A stretch of DNA of 43,648 nt from a virus (IMGVR_UViG_3300048855_000207:1-43648); one strand, 5' to 3'. Positions 16,985 through 24,056 are shown, numbered from the stretch's first letter. Translations and numbers: made by a program. The notes: a model not told the origin generated them from the sequence alone.

Positions 16985-17779
16985 ATGACCAAGCAACTCC
17001 TGATCGACGCCGACTTCACCCTCTTCCAGGCCTGTTCGGCGGTGGAGCGGGAGTCGGTCTTCACCAACGAGGCGGGCTCCCCCGTCCACATCCTCAACTC
17101 CAGCTTCGATGAGGCGCTCGCGACCTTCAAGCGGAGCGTCCAGGGCTACATGGCCGACCTATGGGCCACCGAGGCCGTGCTGGTCTTCTCCGGCCCCAAC
17201 AACTTCCGCAAGGAAGTCTGGACGGACTACAAGGCCAACCGGAAGGCCACCCGCAAGCCGCTGTGCTACTGGGCCGTCATCGATCACCTCCGGGCCGATG
17301 GCGAGTACCGTGTCGTCTCCGAGGATTGCCTCGAAGGTGACGATTACATCGGCATCTTGGCCACCCGGCCCAGCTCGGCGGATCGCATCATCGTGTCCGA
17401 CGACAAGGACATGCAGACCCTTCCGAACGTGAAGCTCTTCCGTATGGGAAAGCTGATGACCACGACGGTCGAGAGCGCCGACGAGTTCTGGCTCTACCAG
17501 ACGCTCATGGGCGACAGCACGGACGGCTATAAGGGCTGTCCGGGCATCGGGCCCGTTGCGGCCAAGAAGGTCCTGGAGCGCCCAGGCGACCCGTGGGTCA
17601 ACATCGTCGCCGCCTACGAAGAGGCCTTCCGCAAGGACAAGGACCCCGAGCACCTGAAGTTCCTCGGCCGATCGCCTGAGGAGCTGGCGCTCTTGAACGC
17701 GCGGCTCGCCCGCATCCTCCGCCACACAGACTGGGACGGCGCCGCACGGCGGCCGATCCTTTGGAGCCCTGACGCATGA
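16985..17779 (+). CDS. 5'-3' exonuclease (T7 gp6-like)
   Basis: LLIDAD, NFRK, YKANR, LEGDD, SDDKD, GDSTDGYKGCPGIG. Confidence 0.96.
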   Translation: MTKQLLIDADFTLFQACSAVERESVFTNEAGSPVHILNSSFDEALATFKRSVQGYMADLWATEAVLVFSGPNNFRKEVWTDYKANRKATRKPLCYWAVIDHLRADGEYRVVSEDCLEGDDYIGILATRPSSADRIIVSDDKDMQTLPNVKLFRMGKLMTTTVESADEFWLYQTLMGDSTDGYKGCPGIGPVAAKKVLERPGDPWVNIVAAYEEAFRKDKDPEHLKFLGRSPEELALLNARLARILRHTDWDGAARRPILWSPDA

Positions 17780-18261
17780 CCAGACTGTATCTCGACCTCG
17801 ACGGCGTCATGGCCGACTTCGACGCTCACTTCCCGGCACTGTTCGGTGTCGACCATCGCGACCTCCTCGACGATGACATGTGGGCGCACATCAATTCGGC
17901 CCCGTCGTACTTTCGCGACATGCCGATGTGCCCCGGCGCCGCTGAGTTCTTCGAGTTCGTGCGGCACCTTCATCCGATCGTCCTGACTGCCTGCCCGCGG
18001 TCGGACTATGCGAACGTCGCGAACCAGAAGCGCGCTTGGGTGCGCGAGCACCTGTCGCCGGACCTCACAGTTCTCCCGGTCATGGGTGGGCGCCACAAGG
18101 CGCTCTTCATGCACCAAGCCGGTGACATCCTCATCGACGACTTCGACCGCAACTGTGACGTCTGGGACGCTGCCGGCGGCCGAGCGATCCGACACCGGAG
18201 CTTCGCCGAGACGATGCCCCAGCTCCTCGACGCCCTGAGGTGCTTCCATGCGCCCCAGTAG
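17776..18261 (+). CDS. HAD-family 5'(3')-deoxyribonucleotidase-like phosphatase
   Basis: LYLDLDGVMADF, LTA, K..W, ILIDD...N...W..AGG. Confidence 0.88.
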   Translation: MTRLYLDLDGVMADFDAHFPALFGVDHRDLLDDDMWAHINSAPSYFRDMPMCPGAAEFFEFVRHLHPIVLTACPRSDYANVANQKRAWVREHLSPDLTVLPVMGGRHKALFMHQAGDILIDDFDRNCDVWDAAGGRAIRHRSFAETMPQLLDALRCFHAPQ

Positions 18262-18484
18262 CCTCGCCATCGACCTCGAAGACACGGCCGCCACCATGCG
18301 CCGCGCCGTCAGCACCTTCCAGGAGCTGGGAGGCCCAGTCGAGGTCCCGTGGCCTCATGGTGACGGCACCAAGGTCCTCCACATGCTGACCTACGACGAC
18401 ATAATCGCGGACGCCGAAGCGCTCGAACACGACGCCGACAAACTCCGCTCCCTCTACAGCGAGAACCCCAAATGGAAGAACTGA
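18248..18484 (+). CDS. Hypothetical protein
   Basis: GAGGT RBS; overlaps neighbours; 78 aa. Confidence 0.6.
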   Translation: MRPSSLAIDLEDTAATMRRAVSTFQELGGPVEVPWPHGDGTKVLHMLTYDDIIADAEALEHDADKLRSLYSENPKWKN

Positions 18485-18663
18485 ACACGACCCAATCGGT
18501 CGAAGTGATCGAACAGGACCGTTTCGACACCCTCACCGTGGTCGACATGGGCGAGGCCATCTCGCTCTCTCAGGTCGCTGAGGACGGCAAGCTCGAAACG
18601 GTCGTCATCGGCACCGATCAGGCCGAGAAGCTCGTGCGGCTCCTGATGAAGGTGCTCGGCTGA
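18472..18663 (+). CDS. Small acidic protein, apparent paralogue of the C-terminal domain of the HTH protein at 19535
   Basis: EQDR...MGE..SLSQ..EDG..ETVVI....AEKL. Confidence 0.62.
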   Translation: MEELNTTQSVEVIEQDRFDTLTVVDMGEAISLSQVAEDGKLETVVIGTDQAEKLVRLLMKVLG

Positions 18664-19286
18664 TGATCGACGTAACGCTCCCCTTGGAGCTGGCAGATGG
18701 CACGCCTGTGCTTACGGCTCGTCTGAAGGAAAGTGGCCGGATCGCAGTCGACCTCCCGTACGGGACTCGGCAGCGCTTCGGGGATTACGCGATGGATGGA
18801 GGAACGATGTTCTATGCGTCGGGGGCTCCTGTGTACGCTGATCGCCTTCCTCACCTCCGGAACGTCGCCCAGCCGGCCCCCGAGACCCTCGCGGACGCCC
18901 GCGCGGCCTTCTACGGCGCCGAGGCGCTCAACGTCCTCTCGCTGCCCGACGACGACGCAAAGCGCGGTGAGTACCCGATGGCCGATGGGCTCCTCGACTA
19001 CTTCCCCAACGCGCTTGCGGAGGTGTCGAAGGTCTCGAAGATCGGCAACGATCAGCACAACCCCGGCGAACCCATGAACTGGGCGCGGGACAAGTCGACC
19101 GATCACGCCAACAAGATCATGCGGCACCTCGTGGACCGAGGGCGCTTCGACGGCCGCGGCGTTCGCCATACCGCGCGACTCGCTTGGCGGGCCCTGGCGA
19201 TGCTTCAGACCGAGTTGGAACAGGAGGAAGGCTTCCCGCAATCCCGTCGATCGACAGGGCAGGCGCCCCTTCAGGCCAACGCATAA
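18663..19286 (+). CDS. dATP/dGTP diphosphohydrolase domain (DUF5664-like) protein
   Basis: K...P...L.YFPNALAEVSKVS..G...H......NW......HA..IMRHL......D..G.RH.A.LAW.A. Confidence 0.75.
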   Translation: MIDVTLPLELADGTPVLTARLKESGRIAVDLPYGTRQRFGDYAMDGGTMFYASGAPVYADRLPHLRNVAQPAPETLADARAAFYGAEALNVLSLPDDDAKRGEYPMADGLLDYFPNALAEVSKVSKIGNDQHNPGEPMNWARDKSTDHANKIMRHLVDRGRFDGRGVRHTARLAWRALAMLQTELEQEEGFPQSRRSTGQAPLQANA

Positions 19287-19292
19287 ATCTCT

Positions 19293-19331
19293 CGCCCCCG
19301 GCGTTCCCATGGAACCTCAGGGGCGTTTTTT
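19293..19331 (+). terminator. Intrinsic terminator ending the replication module
   Basis: CGCCCC...GGGGCG stem with inner GTTCC/GGAAC, then TTTTTT. Confidence 0.8.
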
Positions 19332-19381
19332 CGTCTGGCCACCGAACAAGTGTTGAGCCTCGCTACCCTTGAGGCCATAGA

Positions 19382-19467
19382 GCGCATAGTGATCCTAACA
19401 CATGCACCGGGTCCACTCGTCCTCTGCCTGAGGCGAGACGGTGTCCGTGGGACGGGTCGCTAGGCGC
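19382..19467 (+). ncRNA. Candidate structured small RNA (long hairpin)
   Basis: Nested stems with G-U pairs on the + strand; lies between convergent terminators; TTGAGC-N17-CATAGA upstream. Confidence 0.3.
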
Positions 19468-19470
19468 ATA

Positions 19471-19504
19471 GAAAAGGGGCCCGGATTGCAGCCCGGACCC
19501 CTCT
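19471..19504 (-). terminator. Terminator for the leftward HTH gene
   Basis: AGGGGCCCGG / CCGGACCCCT stem with AAAA on its left side. Confidence 0.6.
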
Positions 19505-19534
19505 ACGTGTGTCACCCTGGGGGTGCTGGTTTGG

Positions 19535-19984
19535 TTACGAGCCCGCCAGCATCCCCTTTAGCGTTTCAGAGCTCTTAGCCCCCCTGTGAGCGATCAGCCG
19601 CTCCAAATCTGCCGGCATCAGCACCACCGTTTGGACCTCATCGTCCACCGTCTGGAAGAGGACGAACACCCCGTCCCCCATGTGCTCGGCTTCGCCATCT
19701 GCGAGGTTAATCCTATCCTGTTCCATTGTTCTGCCTGATGTTGCGGCAGTTCGATAAGCTCTTGCAGCGAGCATCTCGACCGCCAGTTGCACTGGTCCGG
19801 AGACCGCTTGGTCCTTTTTGTTCTCCCAACGGCGAATGGTCCGTTCCGCCGTCTCCGCACCTCCTAGTCTCAGAGCCTCACCGAGTTCCGCCTGGGTCAT
19901 CCCCAGTTGCAGCCGGACCCGTTGCAGCTCTTCCCCTAGCATGGGGCGGACGTATTGTCCTGATGCGTTTTCCTCGATAGCCAT
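19535..19984 (-). CDS. XRE-family HTH regulator with extra C-terminal domain
   Basis: ELQRVRLQLGMTQAELGEALRL......RTIRRWE......SGPVQLAVEML; start is ATG 19984 or 19942; no S24 peptidase domain. Confidence 0.82.
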   Translation of the reverse strand: MAIEENASGQYVRPMLGEELQRVRLQLGMTQAELGEALRLGGAETAERTIRRWENKKDQAVSGPVQLAVEMLAARAYRTAATSGRTMEQDRINLADGEAEHMGDGVFVLFQTVDDEVQTVVLMPADLERLIAHRGAKSSETLKGMLAGS

Positions 19985-20004
19985 CCTCCTAGCACTCGGC
20001 TTGT

Positions 20005-20030
20005 GAACAGAATGAGAACAAACCTGGAAC
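20005..20030 (-). promoter_or_regulatory. Tandem alphaproteobacterial LexA (SOS) boxes
   Basis: GAAC-agaatga-GAAC-aaacctg-GAAC, two overlapping perfect GAAC-N7-GAAC boxes 20 bp upstream of the HTH gene. Confidence 0.82.
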
Positions 20031-20340
20031 ATGTGAGACCCCCATTGCGCCACCCGCCGTCGTGCTCCGGGTCATAAACCCCCGGATAACCGTCAGTTGT
20101 CGCGATCGATCCAACATTGCAAGCCCGCTCCGGTCCATGTTCCGTTCCGTTAACTCTCTTTCAGGCACTTGCAGGACGATTTGTCCTGTTAGTGTCTTTA
20201 GCGTCACAGCGAGAGATCCATCGGTCGGACAGGTTGGACATGTCTCGCTGTGTGTCCCTAGGGTGGCCATGCCGCGTCGGCTGTCAAGATTCGTGCGCCG
20301 CCGGTGGCCGCTAGGTTAGACAGAATGCGAAGGGGCAAAT

Positions 20341-20380
20341 GGGATCATACGGGATCATTGAGCATCATTGAGGATCAGAT
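20341..20380. repeat. Four imperfect 10-bp tandem repeats
   Basis: GGGATCATAC GGGATCATTG AGCATCATTG AGGATCAGAT. Confidence 0.7.
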
Positions 20381-20590
20381 CGGACTCGCACCCGGCCTCA
20401 AAAATATTTTTCAGTCCGCCTGAAAGTCCTCGAAGTATCCGGTTCGGACGAGTCATTGCCGCGCATGAACCAGAGGTCGTAAGGTGCGTCGTCCCAGTTG
20501 AGGTAGTCGAGCATCTAGAGGAGGACGTGGAGCGCGATCAGCCGCGCAAAGCCCCCACAGCCGCTAAACGGGCCATGAGGGCCTATCCGC

Positions 20591-20728
20591 TCACTTCAGG
20601 ATATCCGACAGCTCCAGCAGCTCCACCAAGCGGCGGGCCCAGTCAGCGGCCTTGTCGTCCTGCCCGTTCTGTTTGTACGCGATGGCCTTGGCGAGCGCCT
20701 GGGCCGTTGCGGTGCGATCGATGCTCAT
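20591..20728 (-). CDS. Small hypothetical protein (45 aa; not in ORF track)
   Basis: AAGGAA RBS; MSIDRTATAQALAKAIAYKQNGQDDKAADWARRLVELLELSDILK. Confidence 0.68.
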   Translation of the reverse strand: MSIDRTATAQALAKAIAYKQNGQDDKAADWARRLVELLELSDILK

Positions 20729-20732
20729 CAGG

Positions 20733-20879
20733 CTATTCCTTGTCGAAGTCGGTGATGCAGTTGAGGTAGATGACCGTGCGGCCGAACTTGCCGAAAGCGA
20801 CGGTGAGGTCTGTGGCGATCGAATGGACCGCGATGCCCCCAGCGGCCGAGAAGGCCATGGCCGATATGAATGCCGCCAC
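20733..20879 (-). CDS. Small hypothetical protein
   Basis: GTG start overlapping the TAG of the upstream gene; GGAGG RBS. Confidence 0.5.
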   Translation of the reverse strand: MAAFISAMAFSAAGGIAVHSIATDLTVAFGKFGRTVIYLNCITDFDKE

Positions 20880-21064
20880 TAGCCGGCCCTCCGGACCAGA
20901 TAGCGCCAGTCGCGCGTGTGGCCCGTGATGCAGGACCGATAGCCCAGGCGGCGGCCCTCCGGCTGGGTTTCGATGCGGCGGGCCGCGTTGGTGGCCTTGC
21001 GGGCCGTTGGGAACGAAGCAACCACCGCGTTCCCTTCGAGCTGGTCGATGACTTGGTAGGCCAT
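20879..21064 (-). CDS. Small hypothetical protein
   Basis: TGATG coupling; MAYQVIDQLEGNAVV... Confidence 0.6.
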   Translation of the reverse strand: MAYQVIDQLEGNAVVASFPTARKATNAARRIETQPEGRRLGYRSCITGHTRDWRYLVRRAG

Positions 21065-21183
21065 CACTCAACCCCCGCCACCCAGCACACGCCGGTCATC
21101 GCCAAGGTCATGGTGCGCCAGAAGGCCAACGCGGGGAGGGTGCGGACGTCGAACGCCAGCGCTGCGATCGTCTTGCGGAACAT
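21064..21183 (-). CDS. Small hydrophobic hypothetical protein
   Basis: TGATG coupling, GGAG RBS; MFRKTIAALAFDV... Confidence 0.5.
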   Translation of the reverse strand: MFRKTIAALAFDVRTLPALAFWRTMTLAMTGVCWVAGVE

Positions 21184-21284
21184 CAGCGGCACTCCCCGAT
21201 GACCCGAACGGCGAAGATGGAGAACCCGATGGCCCACAGGACCGCGAAGGCCGATGCGGCGTAGAAGTAATCGATATGGAGCAT
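21183..21284 (-). CDS. Small single-TM protein (33 aa; not in ORF track)
   Basis: MLHIDYFYAASAFAVLWAIGFSIFAVRVIGECR; stop coupled to next start. Confidence 0.5.
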   Translation of the reverse strand: MLHIDYFYAASAFAVLWAIGFSIFAVRVIGECR

Positions 21285-21298
21285 GATAAGACTTTCTG

Positions 21299-21321
21299 TA
21301 GATGTTCGTTGTTTGTGGAAC
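21299..21321 (-). promoter_or_regulatory. 23-bp motif copy D
   Basis: GTTCCACAAACAACGAACATCTA; core 16/19 identical to copy B; intergenic. Confidence 0.5.
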
Positions 21322-21323
21322 GT

Positions 21324-21593
21324 TTAGGCAAGCAAAGGCCGACATGATCCCGTCAGGAACAAGTCCATTCGCTGCCAGATGGTGAAGCAGCCATCCAGGT
21401 CGCCGGCCTCGATCCGCTCGACCTCGGACTCCAATTCGGCAATCCACCCGGCCGGATCGTTCGCCACGGTCTCACCGGACTGGAGGCTGGCGATGAGGCG
21501 CCTCTCGGGCCCTGAGGCGTTGCGGCGAGCAGCCTGCATCTCCTCCGCTGAGGGCGTGAAGAGCTGGCCGTCCTTCAGGAACTGTGCGGGCAT
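21324..21593 (-). CDS. Hypothetical protein
   Basis: GGAGAAG RBS; 89 aa. Confidence 0.68.
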   Translation of the reverse strand: MPAQFLKDGQLFTPSAEEMQAARRNASGPERRLIASLQSGETVANDPAGWIAELESEVERIEAGDLDGCFTIWQRMDLFLTGSCRPLLA

Positions 21594-21668
21594 CGGGTCT
21601 TCTCCGGCAATGGCGTTTGTGGTAGCGGAGAGGCCCCTCCCGGTTCTTCTGCCGGTTCGGGGATGGCG

Positions 21669-21770
21669 CTAGAGCTTCTCTCGAAGGTCTAGGAGGGTGG
21701 CGGCCAGTTTGAGCCCTGCCGTCACCCAAACCGCCCAGCGGAATATCCGCCGTTTGGTCCGAAGACGCAT
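21669..21770 (-). CDS. Small basic/hydrophobic peptide (33 aa; not in ORF track)
   Basis: GAGAGGGA RBS; MRLRTKRRIFRWAVWVTAGLKLAATLLDLREKL. Confidence 0.45.
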   Translation of the reverse strand: MRLRTKRRIFRWAVWVTAGLKLAATLLDLREKL

Positions 21771-21815
21771 CTGCGTCCCTCTCAGTTACCGGGAAGGAGC
21801 CCGGCGCTCACAGCA

Positions 21816-21838
21816 GCGATGTTCGCCGTCTGTGGAGC
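21816..21838 (-). promoter_or_regulatory. 23-bp motif copy B, head of leftward operon
   Basis: GCTCCACAGACGGCGAACATCGC; 21/23 to copy A; TTGACG-N18-CATAGA just upstream on the minus strand. Confidence 0.6.
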
Positions 21839-21870
21839 TTCTATGGACCTATCGTTCCTCGATCGTCAAC

Positions 21871-21893
21871 CCTCCACAATCAGCAAATGTCGA
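21871..21893 (+). promoter_or_regulatory. 23-bp motif copy C, head of rightward lipoprotein operon
   Basis: CCTCCACAATCAGCAAATGTCGA; 15/21 to copy B in inverted orientation. Confidence 0.5.
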
Positions 21894-21944
21894 TTTATTT
21901 ACGCGGCCTCGGTACGCCACGGCCAAAGGGATTGAGGAGCGGCT

Positions 21945-22232
21945 ATGCGGGGCGTGAGGTACGTGTGGGGCTTGGCGGCGCTGATGGCCCTGACCGGGTG
22001 CGGAGAGGCCAAGTCGAAGATCGATGAGCGCGAAGGGCGCATCACGTACCTTGAGGAGCGCGTGGTCGCTCTCCAGTCCAAGGTGGACGACGTCGAGGCC
22101 GCTGCGGACGAGCTGGACACTCAGGTCGACAGGCTCGACTCTGAGGACTGGAAGGACGTGGTGGGCGACGTGAAGGACGCTCGGGACCAGGTCGTTGCCG
22201 CTAAGGACGAGATGGTCGAGGCGGCCAAGTGA
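21945..22232 (+). CDS. Coiled-coil lipoprotein
   Basis: GAGGAG RBS; lipobox LTGC; acidic heptads. Confidence 0.75.
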   Translation: MRGVRYVWGLAALMALTGCGEAKSKIDEREGRITYLEERVVALQSKVDDVEAAADELDTQVDRLDSEDWKDVVGDVKDARDQVVAAKDEMVEAAK

Positions 22233-22525
22233 GCGACCCCATGGACGATATCCGCATCACGCCCGAACAGCACCATCGACGCGTAGGGGAGCTGATAAAG
22301 ACGCTCTACAGCACGGGCGGGATACCGGTGAGCAGCATGACGTTGCGCCGCCACAGCGTCGATACGCTCCATCAGTTCCTGGCCGTGGCCAAGGACCCCG
22401 CCGAGGTTTCTGCGATCCAATACGAGCTGACGAGGCGACAGGGCCGAGGCGCTGTCATCGTGTCCTGGCTGGCCCTTGCGGTCTCGGTGGGCGCACTGGC
22501 CGTGTCCATCATATGGCATAATTGA
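22229..22525 (+). CDS. Hypothetical protein with C-terminal TM
   Basis: GTGA coupling; hydrophobic tail. Confidence 0.62.
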   Translation: MSDPMDDIRITPEQHHRRVGELIKTLYSTGGIPVSSMTLRRHSVDTLHQFLAVAKDPAEVSAIQYELTRRQGRGAVIVSWLALAVSVGALAVSIIWHN

Positions 22526-22532
22526 GAGGTAG

Positions 22533-23045
22533 ATGAGCGTGAGAGCCTTGCCGCCCCTATGGAGCTTTGCAGCCCTCCTCATCCTCGCTGGGTGCGGGAA
22601 GGGCTCGGAGCCGCCCGTCGAGGACCTATCGACCGCTATAGAGCTGCCCGGCGGCCTCAAGGCCTTCGCGGTCTGTGGCACCTCGATAGGCATGGCGTAC
22701 TATCAGGAGCCCAAGGATGAGGGGAGCTGGGAGGACGATCGGCTCACCGGAGGGCGCTACGTGTTCGCCACCGATCAAGCGGACAAGCTCCACGTCCTCT
22801 ACCGTGACAGCGGGGGCTCATGGGTCGATGAGGCCAAGGACGGCGCTAAGGTCGTTGAGGTCCAGAGGTACGCGGAGGGGCGGGATGTCCAAGCGGTCGT
22901 CTTCTATCCGGGCTCAGGCGTGATGGGGACGTACAGCGTCAATACGTTGCCTGATGGTGGCCGGTGGCTCCTCTGGACGGCCAACAAGGCCCATACGTCC
23001 ATGGGGATCACCAAGGCAGGGGCGTACAGGGCGAGGTGTGCGTGA
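22533..23045 (+). CDS. Lipoprotein, beta-rich
   Basis: GAGGT RBS; lipobox LAGC. Confidence 0.72.
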   Translation: MSVRALPPLWSFAALLILAGCGKGSEPPVEDLSTAIELPGGLKAFAVCGTSIGMAYYQEPKDEGSWEDDRLTGGRYVFATDQADKLHVLYRDSGGSWVDEAKDGAKVVEVQRYAEGRDVQAVVFYPGSGVMGTYSVNTLPDGGRWLLWTANKAHTSMGITKAGAYRARCA

Positions 23046-23100
23046 CGCTGAGGTCGAATGATGCAATCCATGCGTAGCCGCACATCGCCGGTTGCAGCGT

Positions 23101-23115
23101 GTTCCCCGTTCGTTC
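23101..23115 (+). promoter_or_regulatory. Alphaproteobacterial LexA box
   Basis: GTTC-cccgttc-GTTC, 24 bp upstream of ATG 23140. Confidence 0.72.
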
Positions 23116-23139
23116 TAATTAGCGGACGGAGACTCGACC

Positions 23140-23325
23140 ATGCCAATCACCCCCGACACCATCGCCCAAGCCCTTCAGGACACGCCCGGCTGGGCCCTCG
23201 TGGCACTCACAGCCCCCGTTGAGCGCCTGAGGGAAGACGGACGGCGCGAGGTCGCCAACCACGTGTACTCGGCGCTCTATCAGCCCCTTAGGACCGATCG
23301 CGACCAACTGCCCCTTCCGCTCTGA
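23140..23325 (+). CDS. Small protein resembling the sphingomonad DUF6771 family
   Basis: IA..L...PGWA.V.LTAP..RLRE....E.A...DQL.L.L; family assignment from memory. Confidence 0.6.
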   Translation: MPITPDTIAQALQDTPGWALVALTAPVERLREDGRREVANHVYSALYQPLRTDRDQLPLPL

Positions 23326-23330
23326 TCGCG

Positions 23331-23705
23331 ATGGTCCAGGCGCCCAAAGACCTTGCGGAGCTTGCGCGGCATGGGGGCTCGATAAGGGCCGAGTGTCGCT
23401 CGTGCGCTCGTGTCGCGCTCTTCAGTCCTGCGGAGCTTGCGGCCCACTTCGCCCGGAAGGGCTGGGATGATGGCTGGCGTCAGTTCGCTAAAAAGCTGCG
23501 GTGCCGGTGCGGCACTCGGGAGCCGAAGGTCTCATGGATCGTGATGCCCCCACCGCCACCCGTCGACCCAGCGCCCCCGAAGCCGCGGTTCGTGCGTGAG
23601 GGCGGCGAGAGGTACGTGAAGCCCGCTGGGGTCGATCAGGGCGAGTGGGATCGAGCGAGGCACGACCGGGACCGGAAGCGCTTGGTGCGGCTGGCGAGGG
23701 GGTAG
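23331..23705 (+). CDS. Putative zinc-ribbon protein
   Basis: CRSC...LRCRCG, Pro-rich linker. Confidence 0.65.
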   Translation: MVQAPKDLAELARHGGSIRAECRSCARVALFSPAELAAHFARKGWDDGWRQFAKKLRCRCGTREPKVSWIVMPPPPPVDPAPPKPRFVREGGERYVKPAGVDQGEWDRARHDRDRKRLVRLARG

Positions 23706-23717
23706 ATGCGGCTGGGG

Positions 23718-23765
23718 CGGCTCGATCACGCGCCATTCGAAGTCGGTCAGGTCATATCGGCTCAT
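23718..23765 (-). pseudogene. IS5-family (IS427-like) transposase N-terminal relic
   Basis: MSRYDLTDFEWRVIEP is the typical alphaproteobacterial IS5 transposase start; similarity ends after 16 codons. Confidence 0.7.
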
Positions 23766-24030
23766 GCCGATGCTGAATCAGCTTTCTTCTCGAAGCGAAA
23801 GACGCTTCAAAGACGACAGGGAGAAGACCTTGTTCAGACTGCGAGTGGCGCTGCTCACGGCACTTGTGCCAACCATGCTTATCGCAGCCATGCTGACGCT
23901 CGGCTTTGTCGTCAGAGGTACGACGCTCGCACCAGGCTGGGCGATCCGAGCCGCAGCTGGTGCCGTAGTCGCCTACATCTGCTTCGTTGGCCTCATGCTT
24001 TTCAGCACACGAAAGGCAGGAAAGCGGTAG
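23764..24030 (+). CDS. Small two-TM membrane protein
   Basis: Two hydrophobic segments; 88 aa; start uncertain. Confidence 0.45.
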   Translation: MPMLNQLSSRSERRFKDDREKTLFRLRVALLTALVPTMLIAAMLTLGFVVRGTTLAPGWAIRAAAGAVVAYICFVGLMLFSTRKAGKR

Positions 24031-24036
24031 CACTCT

Positions 24037-24056
24037 TTTATGGGTTCACGACCTAG
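24037..24056 (-). mobile_element. Possible IS5-family left end
   Basis: CTAG GTCGTGAACCCATAAA on the minus strand, oriented toward the transposase relic. Confidence 0.4.

Noticed and set aside
18663-19286. 2-aminoadenine (Z-genome) pathway
   Set aside because: No PurZ homologue visible; the diphosphohydrolase alone is insufficient evidence
19691-19701. TTCGCCATCTG, 11-bp match to motif copy A
   Set aside because: Inside the HTH CDS and lacks the conserved GTGGA end
20341-20380. Possible CRISPR-like array
   Set aside because: 10-bp units with no spacers; no cas genes or repeat-spacer array anywhere in the window
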